Assembly: GCA_963926495.1 (NCBI GenBank)
Contig: CAWUXP010000046.1
Span: 1-40,863 of the forward strand
Length of the DNA: 40,863 nucleotides
Direction: 5' to 3'
DNA from: Candidatus Ilumatobacter herschelensis
GTDB lineage: Bacteria > Actinomycetota > Acidimicrobiia > Acidimicrobiales > Ilumatobacteraceae
This document shows, piece after piece, positions 19,096 through 27,811 of the stretch. Every line of letters starts with the position of its first letter. Position 1 is the stretch's first letter. The position numbers and the translations under genes were made by a program. A model generated the notes under the pieces. The model did no database searches. It saw nothing but the letters and a program-made list of their open reading frames with translations, and was not told the origin of the DNA.

Positions 19096-19351
19096 ACCGG
19101 ATCCCAACCGAATGCTCACAGGGCAACCACCGCCGCCAAGGTCGTGTCGGATCAATGGCGCTGCGCAAACCGGCCAGCAGTACATCGGCTGACGCAGTCG
19201 CATCGATGGACTTAGCCGGCAACGACTCGACAGTCGGAGCGCCTCCATCACTGCAGACGACGAGGCCTTGCTTGATTGACATTCCGCCGACATCGATCGC
19301 GACAACGAGGTCAGCTCTCGGCAGCTGGGTCGGCGTTAGCTCGCTGCGCAC
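19096..19351 (-). pseudogene. Truncated ROK/sugar-kinase N-terminal fragment
   Basis: ORF 19351 carries VVAIDVGGMSIKQGLV (ROK phosphate-1 motif DxGGT); similarity ends after about 65 aa. Confidence 0.55.
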
Positions 19352-19369
19352 GTTGGCAGCGTAAATCGG

Positions 19370-20041
19370 TCAGGCCGAAGGGTCGCCAAAGGTGACCCGA
19401 TTGACGCTCCGCTGCGAGATCGTGTCGATCTCGACCGTGCGGCCGGTGTTCACCGAATGCACGACAGCATCGTCGACACCGAGGTACATCATCACGTGAC
19501 CCGGGTAGTAGACGAGGTCGCCAGCCATGGCAGACGTACGATCGACTTTGGTCGCGTTCCTGATCTGCGCACCGCTGATCCGGTGCAGTTCGACGCCAGA
19601 TTCCTGCCAGGCGTACGACGTGAGGCCAGAGCAGTCAAACCCTTTGTCTTCGATGCTGGTGTTGGTCCGGTACGGCACACCAATCTGTGTCATCGCGGCG
19701 AGCACGGCGCGCTGATGATCAAGTGTGCTGTTCTTCCACGAGTCGATCATGGCAAATTCGTCATACCCCAGCTCGCGAGCAGCCAATCGCGCTGTTGCCG
19801 TCCGGTGCGTGGCGTAGACGAGGTAGTCAGCGAGATCCTCGGAGGCCGCGAACGTCTCGTAGGCCGCGACCGCCAGGTCGGCTTCGGTAGTGATCTCCGG
19901 AGCGAGGGCGTTAACCGGGAGTTCGGCCTGCTGGGCTGAGGCCGTGCCGCTCAGGGCGATAGTTGCCATGGTGGCAATCGCTGCAGCAAGGCCGAGTTTG
20001 GCAGTGCCGCGCAAGCGAGTCGAGAAGGTGAGGTGAGTCAT
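19370..20041 (-). CDS. Secreted NlpC/P60 peptidoglycan hydrolase
   Basis: Signal peptide ending ASA, IGVPY, GFDCSGL (catalytic Cys), GDLVYYPGHV; start ATG 20041 inferred. Confidence 0.88.
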   Translation of the reverse strand: MTHLTFSTRLRGTAKLGLAAAIATMATIALSGTASAQQAELPVNALAPEITTEADLAVAAYETFAASEDLADYLVYATHRTATARLAARELGYDEFAMIDSWKNSTLDHQRAVLAAMTQIGVPYRTNTSIEDKGFDCSGLTSYAWQESGVELHRISGAQIRNATKVDRTSAMAGDLVYYPGHVMMYLGVDDAVVHSVNTGRTVEIDTISQRSVNRVTFGDPSA

Positions 20042-20096
20042 GTCTGCAAGTCCCTGGCCGGGTGTGCCGATCGATGTGTCGATCAGTCGGTCCGTC

Positions 20097-20182
20097 GTGA
20101 CGAAACAGTAACATATCGTCATCAAACCGTCATACTGCACCACTCTTGAGGCACTCTTGTCATTTAAACGTCATGAATGACA
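20097..20182. promoter_or_regulatory. Divergent promoter region with several 11-bp-phased direct repeats
   Basis: GTGAC-N6-GTAAC (20097-20112), CGTCAT at 20117/20128, CACTCTTG at 20141/20152, YGTCAT at 20158/20169. Confidence 0.5.
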
Positions 20183-20210
20183 GGAATGGTATTTGTGTCA
20201 GAATCTCGAT

Positions 20211-20849
20211 ATGGCGACCGAAAATCCGGAGCAAGCAGGCTCAACGCGGCCATCGACGGTCGCCGTACTCCTCGCCGCCGGAGCCGGCTCGCGCTTCGTA
20301 GATGTGCAGCACAAACTTCTCGCCGAGCTCGATTCACACGGCAATACGGTGATCGAGCGGTCGCTTTGCAACCTTATTGACGCCCAGATCGGTCAGATCG
20401 TCATCATCACCGGGGCCCTGACCCGCTACGACCTGGCAGCGAACCCGTCAGTCGCGAAGTACCTCGCAGTCCCAAGCGTCAGCACGTACCACAATCCAAT
20501 GTGGGCTGACGGACAGAGCACATCTGTCCAGGTCGCCATTGATGCAGCGAGGCAAATCGGCGCTGAAGCTATGGTCATCGGCCTTGCCGATCAGCCGTTC
20601 ATCACGGCCGACGCGTGGCGCGCTGTGGCAGCGGGGTTGGGGCCCATCACCGTTGCCACGTACGATGGGCAACGCGGCAACCCGGTTCGACTCCATGCAG
20701 ACGTGTGGGATCAACTGCCGCACGATGGTGACGTCGGGGCTCGCACACTCATGCAGCGTCACCCCGAACTTGTCACCGAAGTATCGTGCAATGGTTTGTC
20801 AGCAGACATCGACACCTTGGAGGACCTGCACCGATGGCAGAGCAACTGA
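20211..20849 (+). CDS. mocA: Molybdenum cofactor cytidylyltransferase-like nucleotidyltransferase
   Basis: LLAAGAGSRF, KLLA, GQSTS, LADQP, GNPV, GDVGAR, DIDT; context of an MCD-type molybdoenzyme. Confidence 0.8.
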   Translation: MATENPEQAGSTRPSTVAVLLAAGAGSRFVDVQHKLLAELDSHGNTVIERSLCNLIDAQIGQIVIITGALTRYDLAANPSVAKYLAVPSVSTYHNPMWADGQSTSVQVAIDAARQIGAEAMVIGLADQPFITADAWRAVAAGLGPITVATYDGQRGNPVRLHADVWDQLPHDGDVGARTLMQRHPELVTEVSCNGLSADIDTLEDLHRWQSN

Positions 20850-21526
20850 TCAATGAATTCACCGTCAATCGTCCAATCGACGAGGCGTGGCCCATCATCA
20901 CCAATGTCGAGCGCATCGCTCCGTGCCTCCCCGGTGCGCAACTGACCGAGATTCGCCAGACCGGCGACGGCGAAATGTACGCCGGCAACGTGAAGGTGAA
21001 ACTCGGGGCCATCTCCACCGAGTTCAAGGGCGAAGCATTCTTTCTTGAGCGCGACGACGCCAACTACAGCTGCAAGCTCAACGGCAAGGGGCGCGACACG
21101 AAGGGCCGCGGCAACGCGTCCGCCGACATCGCAGCGCAGGCCGAAAGCATCTCGCCGACCAGTACAAAGGTCACCGTCACGACCGATCTCCATATCACCG
21201 GCAAGATCGCGCAATTCGGCCGCGGCATTCTCGGCGACGTCAGCGCCAAGCTGATCGACCAGTTCGCACAGAACCTCAACGAGATGATCGATGCCGACGG
21301 CGTCGAAGCTCCGCCAGCCAGTGCGCCGAGCGTGCCCGATGCCCCAGCCCCGGATGTGCCGTCCGGCACTGCACCGTCCAAGCCGACTGTCCGCAAAATC
21401 GACGGCCCTGCTGCCGAAGCAATCGACCTCATGGAAATGGGGGGTTCGTCGATCGCCAAGCGTGCCGCACCCGCGGTTGCGGTGCTGTTGCTCATCTTGC
21501 TGCTCCTCCGTAGCCGACGGAGCTAA
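20834..21526 (+). CDS. coxG: CoxG/SRPBCC protein with Pro/Ala linker and C-terminal membrane anchor
   Basis: IAPCLPGA, KVKLG, GKIAQFGRG; hydrophobic tail AVAVLLLILLLLRSRRS. Confidence 0.87.
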   Translation: MAEQLINEFTVNRPIDEAWPIITNVERIAPCLPGAQLTEIRQTGDGEMYAGNVKVKLGAISTEFKGEAFFLERDDANYSCKLNGKGRDTKGRGNASADIAAQAESISPTSTKVTVTTDLHITGKIAQFGRGILGDVSAKLIDQFAQNLNEMIDADGVEAPPASAPSVPDAPAPDVPSGTAPSKPTVRKIDGPAAEAIDLMEMGGSSIAKRAAPAVAVLLLILLLLRSRRS

Positions 21527-22020
21527 TGGACGACCGAACTCGCGTCGAGGAGCTAATCGGGCGCCCACCGCGAGGCGCCTTCGACGTGGTCGTCCGCAGT
21601 GCCGAAGGTGATCCGGTTGTTGTTCGCAACGCCCCGTTCCTCGGTGACGGCACGCCGATGCCAACCCGCTACTACCTCGTCGGTACCAGCTTGGTGCAGG
21701 CCGTGAGTCGGATCGAAGCAGCCGGCGGTGTCCGCCGGTCTGAAGCCGATCTCGATCCGGCCGAAATTGCTGCTGCACATGCGGCTTACGAGGCCGAACG
21801 CGACTCAAAGATTCCAATAGATCATGTTGGACCTCGTCCGTCCGGCGGCGTCGGCGGCACCCGCAAGGGCGTCAAGTGCCTGCACGCTCATGTGGCCCAT
21901 CTACTCGCCGGAGGCAACGACGTGGTCGCCGAATGGACACTCGCCCGGCTCGGCAACGACCGAGGCGTGCTCGATGGCTTGCAGCCGCCAGCACCGCACG
22001 TCGAAGAAGTTGCACCATGA
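21526..22020 (+). CDS. DUF501 domain protein
   Basis: GRPPRG, DGTPMPTRYYL, GVGG...VKCLHAH motifs. Confidence 0.85.
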   Translation: MDDRTRVEELIGRPPRGAFDVVVRSAEGDPVVVRNAPFLGDGTPMPTRYYLVGTSLVQAVSRIEAAGGVRRSEADLDPAEIAAAHAAYEAERDSKIPIDHVGPRPSGGVGGTRKGVKCLHAHVAHLLAGGNDVVAEWTLARLGNDRGVLDGLQPPAPHVEEVAP

Positions 22021-22538
22021 CTCCTGGTGCACTCTTTCTGGCAATCAGCGACGACCGGGTCGACATCTCGATGATCGGTGGCGGCGAGTGGACAATTCCC
22101 CTCGGACCGCAGTCTCTGTTCGATGGCGTGCTGGAACAGCGTGACAAGCCGTCTCCCTCGCACCTCACAAATGCACTCGGTTTCGTGCACGACTATTTCG
22201 ATGACATCATCGTGATGGCGCCATCGGTTCTGGCCGCGCCATCAGTAACAGCAACCGGCCCCCATGCCGCCAGCCTCGCTCGCGTCGAACTTGGCAACGA
22301 GCACGTTCCGACCGGTTACCACCTTCAGCGGGCTGATGCCGACGAGGTGTTCCGGACGCTGGTCGCCGAGCCACGAGCCGAACGGTTACATAACCCCGGG
22401 CTCGCGTCCAGCCATGTCGACACGATCATCGGCACGCTGTGCATCGTGCTGGCCATCATGCGACGCTTGGACCTGAGCCGCCTGGCCATTCACGACGTCA
22501 TGCAGATTCACGACGAGGCACCTTCGACATGCCATTGA
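22017..22538 (+). CDS. Degenerate Ppx/GppA C-terminal-half-like protein
   Basis: ATGA-coupled to DUF501; resembles the second half of actinobacterial Ppx2 (D.P, ER..NPGL....DTIIG...IVLAIMRRL); DIGGGSTE motif absent. Confidence 0.6.
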   Translation: MTPGALFLAISDDRVDISMIGGGEWTIPLGPQSLFDGVLEQRDKPSPSHLTNALGFVHDYFDDIIVMAPSVLAAPSVTATGPHAASLARVELGNEHVPTGYHLQRADADEVFRTLVAEPRAERLHNPGLASSHVDTIIGTLCIVLAIMRRLDLSRLAIHDVMQIHDEAPSTCH

Positions 22539-23152
22539 GACATCCGTCGCGCATGTCTGCGCCCACCCGCCTGCACGGCCGTCGAATTGTGATGCGACCA
22601 CTCGCTGCTGGTGACTTCCGTGCGTGGAGTGAAGTCCGAGCGCACAACGAGCAATGGCTCACCGTGTGGGAACCACAACGCAACCCGAACCTGCCTGACC
22701 CCACCGTCGAGCGGTCAGCATTCAGTGCCCGCTGTGCTCAACGCGACCGCGACCGGACGGTCGGTGTCGCCTATCAGTTCGGTCTGTTCATCGGTGATCA
22801 GATCGTTGGTGAAGTGAACTTGAACAACGTCATCCGAGGTGCGATGCAGTCCGGCACCATTGGCTACTGGGTCGATCAGCGCCACGCCGGAAACGGGTAC
22901 GTGGCCGAGGGTGTCTTAGCCTTGATTTGCTATGCGTTCGAAACACTCGGTCTGCATCGCATTGAAATCTGCATCGTGCCGCGCAATGCCAATAGCCGTC
23001 GCGTGATGGAGAAGCTGGCAATCCGTGACGAGGGAATCGCCCAGCGATACCTTGAGATCAACGGCGAATGGGAAGATCACATTCGCTACGGGATTACCGT
23101 CGAAGAATGGCACACCCGCGGCGATGAGCTGACCAACACCTGGTTGGGTTGA
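22529..23152 (+). CDS. GNAT N-acetyltransferase, RimJ-like
   Basis: WEP, IGYWVD..HAGNG, LGLHRIE, N.NSRRVMEK, YLEINGEWEDH. Confidence 0.88.
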   Translation: MPLRHPSRMSAPTRLHGRRIVMRPLAAGDFRAWSEVRAHNEQWLTVWEPQRNPNLPDPTVERSAFSARCAQRDRDRTVGVAYQFGLFIGDQIVGEVNLNNVIRGAMQSGTIGYWVDQRHAGNGYVAEGVLALICYAFETLGLHRIEICIVPRNANSRRVMEKLAIRDEGIAQRYLEINGEWEDHIRYGITVEEWHTRGDELTNTWLG

Positions 23153-23176
23153 TCAGCTCATCGACGGGCTGTGACG

Positions 23177-23515
23177 TCAGTAAGTAACGAGGCCGGCGTT
23201 GTCGCGAGCTTCGCGGATTGCAGCAGCGCGATCTTGTCGCATCGCAGTGCGGCGCTTCCACATTTTGGTCTTCCAGTGACGTTTGGTTGCAGAGCGCTTG
23301 GCCAGCTTGTTCTTGGCCACCTCTGAATCGTGGTGGTGCATTGGCTTCCATGCCGCACCCGGCTCATGGATATCGGCGGGGTCGATTCCGCCGGAAATCT
23401 CCTTCGCAGCGTGCTGCAGTTCCACATGGACCCGATGTCGCTCTGAGTGAGCGTGCGCTCGAACCTCTTGCTTGACTTGCATCGGAACGTCAATATCCCG
23501 GTTACGTTGGCTCAT
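23177..23515 (-). CDS. Hypothetical basic, His-rich protein (112 aa)
   Basis: Strong SD AGGAGG 5 nt before ATG; HAHSERHRVH, MHHHD and WKTKMWKRR segments. Confidence 0.75.
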   Translation of the reverse strand: MSQRNRDIDVPMQVKQEVRAHAHSERHRVHVELQHAAKEISGGIDPADIHEPGAAWKPMHHHDSEVAKNKLAKRSATKRHWKTKMWKRRTAMRQDRAAAIREARDNAGLVTY

Positions 23516-23759
23516 TGCTACCTCCTGCTTTCCGCCGTTTCACTGCCGTTTCGCTGGTGTTCACCAACGATTCGGTAGCTTCGCAGCGCTGTGGTTTCGG
23601 TTGCTTGCCTTCATCACGATAGTGCAAGCCATTCGTCGCATTTGAGAATCCGTGTAACGGTTCTGCGCGATTGCCGCACCGCCGTGAACAAGTCTGCACT
23701 CTCGCAACTTCTCACCATATTTAGGTCAAGAACTGGCGCGATGTGCCGATTCAAATAGG

Positions 23760-24809
23760 GTGAACTCCCTCCCGCCGCCACGGACCACCGACGAGCGCCC
23801 GCCTGCGACGGCAACCCATGACCATGGTGCTGGCGATGCTGCTGGAACGGTGATGAACGCTGACACCGCAGCAGACATGGCCAGCCGCCTCACTGCCTCG
23901 ATCAACTCCGTCATCGCCGGCAAGGCAGCCGTCGTCGATGTCGCCGTTGCCACGTTGCTCGCCAGAGGCCACCTCCTCATCGAAGACATCCCCGGTGTCG
24001 GCAAGACACTGCTCGCACAGGTGATTGCTCGCTCAGTAGGCGGCTCGTTCCGCCGAATCCAAGGCACCTCCGACTTACTTCCCGGCGACGTCACCGGCTC
24101 GATGGTGCCCTGCTCCATTAACCCCGCCGGGACAATGACTTCGCTCGTGTTCCGTCCTGGACCCGTCTTTGCCAATCTCGTCGTGTTCGACGAACTGAAC
24201 CGGACGCCGCCGCGCACTCAATCGGCGCTGCTCGAGCTCACCGAAGAGGCACAGGTCTCTATCGACGGGGTGAGCCACCCGCTCCCAGATCCGTTCATGC
24301 TGGTCGCCACGCAGAACCCGCTCGACATCGCAGGAACGGTGCGCCTCAGTGAGGGTTCGCTCGATCGTTTCGCCGCTGTGGTCACACCGGGACGTGCACC
24401 GACCGCCTCCGAGATCGACGTTCTCGCAGGCCGCCAGGGCCGCACCATGCTCGACGCCGTTCGACCAGTTGTCAGCCTCGACGAACTCACGCGTGTGCAG
24501 TCGTTTGTCTCGTGCGTCCACGTGGCCGATGCGCTTGCGGAGTACGTCGTCGCGTTGCTCGACGCGACTCGTCGACATCCAGCGATCAGGCTCGGAGCAT
24601 CGACCCGCGGTGGCGTGTTACTGCTCGCTCTGGCCCGGGCTCGCGCCGCGATGCAGGGCCGCACCTATGTGATATCTGACGACATCGCTGCGCTCGCCGT
24701 TCCTGCCCTTGCGCATCGCATCGTGTTGGCCGACGCGAACTCGTCGCTCGACACTGGACGGGCGCTCATGACTGAGTGCCTCGCAGCCGTTCCACCCCCA
24801 ACGGTCTGA
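23760..24809 (+). CDS. MoxR-proper AAA+ ATPase
   Basis: GHLLIEDIPGVGKT, RIQGTSDLLPGD, DELNR..PRTQSALLE, ATQNP, GASTRG; start uncertain. Confidence 0.9.
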   Translation: MNSLPPPRTTDERPPATATHDHGAGDAAGTVMNADTAADMASRLTASINSVIAGKAAVVDVAVATLLARGHLLIEDIPGVGKTLLAQVIARSVGGSFRRIQGTSDLLPGDVTGSMVPCSINPAGTMTSLVFRPGPVFANLVVFDELNRTPPRTQSALLELTEEAQVSIDGVSHPLPDPFMLVATQNPLDIAGTVRLSEGSLDRFAAVVTPGRAPTASEIDVLAGRQGRTMLDAVRPVVSLDELTRVQSFVSCVHVADALAEYVVALLDATRRHPAIRLGASTRGGVLLLALARARAAMQGRTYVISDDIAALAVPALAHRIVLADANSSLDTGRALMTECLAAVPPPTV

Positions 24810-27800
24810 TGGATTTGACGGCACTGGGTCGTCTACGGCCCGCGGGCAGTTCGGTCGGAACGTTTGCGTTTGTCAGCGCATGGTTCGTCGGTTTGGCAAT
24901 CGCTCGACTGACTGGAGCAGCAGCCGTCGTTCTCCTTCTCGCTGCCGGTTTCGTGGCGTTGGCCTCGACTGCACTCAGTAGCCTGCTCAGCACGCGGTCG
25001 GTGGCTTCAGCGCAACTACGCGCCGCTGGAACCGTCGACGTCGATACACCGGTGACTGCCGATCTCTCGATCGATGGGCTGCCAACGAACGGCGACGTCG
25101 TTGTCCGGATCCTCTCCGGCGATGCCGAGATCGTCCGGTGTGACCGCAGCGGCTTTGACGACGCTGGCCACGCCGATGTTTCTGCACTCTTTCCGACTCC
25201 GGGCATTGTCAGCGACCTCAGCATCGAGGTGATTACCACCGGCGCTCCCGGCTTGTTCTGGACTCGCCGCAGGTTGACAGTCGACATCGACCCCATCGCC
25301 GTTGCGCCAGTGCCGGACGGGCCCATGCTGGAGATCACTGCTGCGACGTCGAGAGATGCTGGTGAGCGTTCTGCGGCAGGCGGGAGGACAGCTGGCGACG
25401 TCGACGGCGTCCGGCCGTGGCGCGAAGGCGAGGGCGACAGCTCGGTGCACTGGTCATCGAGTCTGCGCAGCCGAACCCTCATCGTGCACGACCGCGCGTC
25501 AAGCAGCGAGGAACGCTGGACAATTGCACTACCTAGCGAGACAATTGACGAAGCAACGGCGTCCCGCTTGCTCTTCACCGCCTTCGAAGGCATCCGACTC
25601 GGACACGAAGTCGCGATCGTCACACCGGCCTCCACTCGCATCCTGCACGACACGACCGAGGCACGCTCGTTCGCAGCCCACGCAATCGGGGCGGCGCGCG
25701 TGCCACAGGACGTACCGCCGCCCTGGTACCGCCGCGCCCTCCGGCTCCGAACCCAGCACGAAGTACCTCGAGCGCTCGACCCGGTCAGCCGCATCGCAAC
25801 TGCCTGTAGCTCACTCATCGCTATCGGCATGCTGCTCGGGGCACTCGGATCCGGACCAGCAACGCTGGGCCCGATTGCACTCGGCCTTGCGCTCGGCGTC
25901 GCCTCCTCACTGAAGTTCGGAACTGGCTCCGATTCCGTCAAGCCCTGGCGACTCCGGATCGGTGTCGGTACTGCGACTTTCGGCGCACTCGCCTACGTGG
26001 CCTCAACGGTCGGCGGCGTCAGTGGTCTCCTGGCCGCGATGCGCGGTCCGATGCCGGACCTGTTGATGCTGCTGCTGATCGTCCACGGACTCGAGGTCAT
26101 TGATCAGCGAACGCAACGAGTCCATCAGGCCATCGCCGGCGTCATTGTCGCCTATGCCGCCGGCCTCCGTGTCGACGGCAACGTCGGCTGGTGGCTCGCC
26201 GCGTGGGCAGTCGTGATCGTCATTGCGGTCCGGACATCGACTCGTATCACCACGCCTTCGGCGGACGACAAGCATCGCAGACAACGCGTTTCCAACCGGC
26301 GTTTGGCGAAGAGCATCGCGCTTGCGGGCGCGGCGGGGTTCGTGACCATCGCTGTCCTCAGCGTCGTACCTGTCCCTGACGGCCCTGCACGCCTCGGCCT
26401 CCCTGCACTGTCGAACGATGCCCCGTCGGCTGCTACCCCTGGAGCTTTGGCTGGCCCCGACGGCAACTCGGCTGCAACAAGCACCGACCGCCGCGGTTCG
26501 CTCGGCCAGGTCGGCGGTTATCCAGGCTTCTCCAACACACTCGACACCAGCGTCCGTGGCGACCTCGGCGACGAGCTCGTGATGCGGGTGCGGGCTGCGG
26601 AGCCGGCGTTCTGGCGCGGCCAGACCTTCACCGAATTCGATGGACGAACCTGGTCGGTATCCCCGGAAGAAGGAACGAGACGAGTCGGTCCGCGAATCGA
26701 GGTTCCCGCAACGCTTGGCGACCTGCCGCGCCCGACTGCACGCATCGAGACCGACGAGTTCATTCAGACCTACTACATCGAGTCTGACCTGCCGAATGTC
26801 GTCTTCGCCGCGTCACGCCCCGACGTGCTCACCTTCGATGGCTCGGTCTGGACACGCCCCGATGGATCGATGCGCTCCAACGTGACGCTGAACAAAGGCT
26901 CCGTGTACACCGTCGTGTCGCAGCGGGTTCAGGTGACCCCCGACCTCCTCCAAAGCCAAGGCGATATCGCTACGACCTTCGCTGACATCGACAATCCCGA
27001 GTTGCAGGCGCGGCTGGCTCCCTACCTCGCACTTCCCGAATCGACGACCCAGCGGACTCTCGACCTCGCCGCCACGCTCCGCCAGCCGGGTGACTCGACG
27101 TACCAGACGATTCTGCGGTACCAGCAGTGGCTTGGCGAGAACACGGGTTACGACCTCAACGCCCCCGTTCCCGCGCTGGGCACTGATGCCGTCGACAACT
27201 TTCTCTTCGAGTCCCAACTCGGGTTCTGCGAACAGATCGCGTCGAGCCTCGCCGTCATGCTGCGAAGCCAAGGCGTCCCTGCTCGGATCGCCACGGGCTA
27301 CGTCCCAGGCGATCGCAATCGGGTCTCTGGAGTCTTCGAGGTCAAGGCCAGCGACGCACATGCCTGGGTCGAAGTCTGGTTCCCTGAGACTGGTTGGGAA
27401 TCGTTCGACCCGACCGCTGTGGTGCCATTCGCCGGAGACGCGAACCCCGGAACTGTCGGTGGCGACTTGATCGGTGCTGCGATCAGCGGAGTCGCGTCCC
27501 GCCCAGTCGAGATCGGCCTGCTCGCCGGGCTCGCCCTACTTACTTTTGGCACCATTCGCTCCGTTGCCAACCTGATCCGTCGCCGGCGACGCGGCCGCTG
27601 GGGCGTGCTCCAAGATCGCTTCAGTGCAATGACTCCCCCGTCGGCAACGACCAATCCGTTGCGCGCTGCAACATTCAGCGACACGACTCACGCGGCTGGC
27701 GCAGCCAACGACCTCGCTGAACTGCTCGATCGTGCCGCATTCGACCCGAACTGGGTCGATGACGACGAGATGTACCGGAGCGCTCGGGAGCGCGTCAACT

Positions 27801-27811
27801 CACTTCTTTGA
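24809..27811 (+). CDS. Fused DUF58 / membrane (DUF3488-like) / transglutaminase-like protein
   Basis: DUF58-like VRPWREG...VHWSSS; about 7 central TMs; FWRGQTF..FDG..W; triad GFCEQ, AHAWVEV, FDPT; TGATG coupling to moxR. Confidence 0.85.
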   Translation: MDLTALGRLRPAGSSVGTFAFVSAWFVGLAIARLTGAAAVVLLLAAGFVALASTALSSLLSTRSVASAQLRAAGTVDVDTPVTADLSIDGLPTNGDVVVRILSGDAEIVRCDRSGFDDAGHADVSALFPTPGIVSDLSIEVITTGAPGLFWTRRRLTVDIDPIAVAPVPDGPMLEITAATSRDAGERSAAGGRTAGDVDGVRPWREGEGDSSVHWSSSLRSRTLIVHDRASSSEERWTIALPSETIDEATASRLLFTAFEGIRLGHEVAIVTPASTRILHDTTEARSFAAHAIGAARVPQDVPPPWYRRALRLRTQHEVPRALDPVSRIATACSSLIAIGMLLGALGSGPATLGPIALGLALGVASSLKFGTGSDSVKPWRLRIGVGTATFGALAYVASTVGGVSGLLAAMRGPMPDLLMLLLIVHGLEVIDQRTQRVHQAIAGVIVAYAAGLRVDGNVGWWLAAWAVVIVIAVRTSTRITTPSADDKHRRQRVSNRRLAKSIALAGAAGFVTIAVLSVVPVPDGPARLGLPALSNDAPSAATPGALAGPDGNSAATSTDRRGSLGQVGGYPGFSNTLDTSVRGDLGDELVMRVRAAEPAFWRGQTFTEFDGRTWSVSPEEGTRRVGPRIEVPATLGDLPRPTARIETDEFIQTYYIESDLPNVVFAASRPDVLTFDGSVWTRPDGSMRSNVTLNKGSVYTVVSQRVQVTPDLLQSQGDIATTFADIDNPELQARLAPYLALPESTTQRTLDLAATLRQPGDSTYQTILRYQQWLGENTGYDLNAPVPALGTDAVDNFLFESQLGFCEQIASSLAVMLRSQGVPARIATGYVPGDRNRVSGVFEVKASDAHAWVEVWFPETGWESFDPTAVVPFAGDANPGTVGGDLIGAAISGVASRPVEIGLLAGLALLTFGTIRSVANLIRRRRRGRWGVLQDRFSAMTPPSATTNPLRAATFSDTTHAAGAANDLAELLDRAAFDPNWVDDDEMYRSARERVNSLL

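Noticed and set aside
20042-20210. c-di-AMP (ydaO) riboswitch upstream of NlpC/P60
   Set aside because: Expected in this context, but the conserved GCCGAATCC / GGGGAACC / CCCGTCAGCTAAC segments are not visible.
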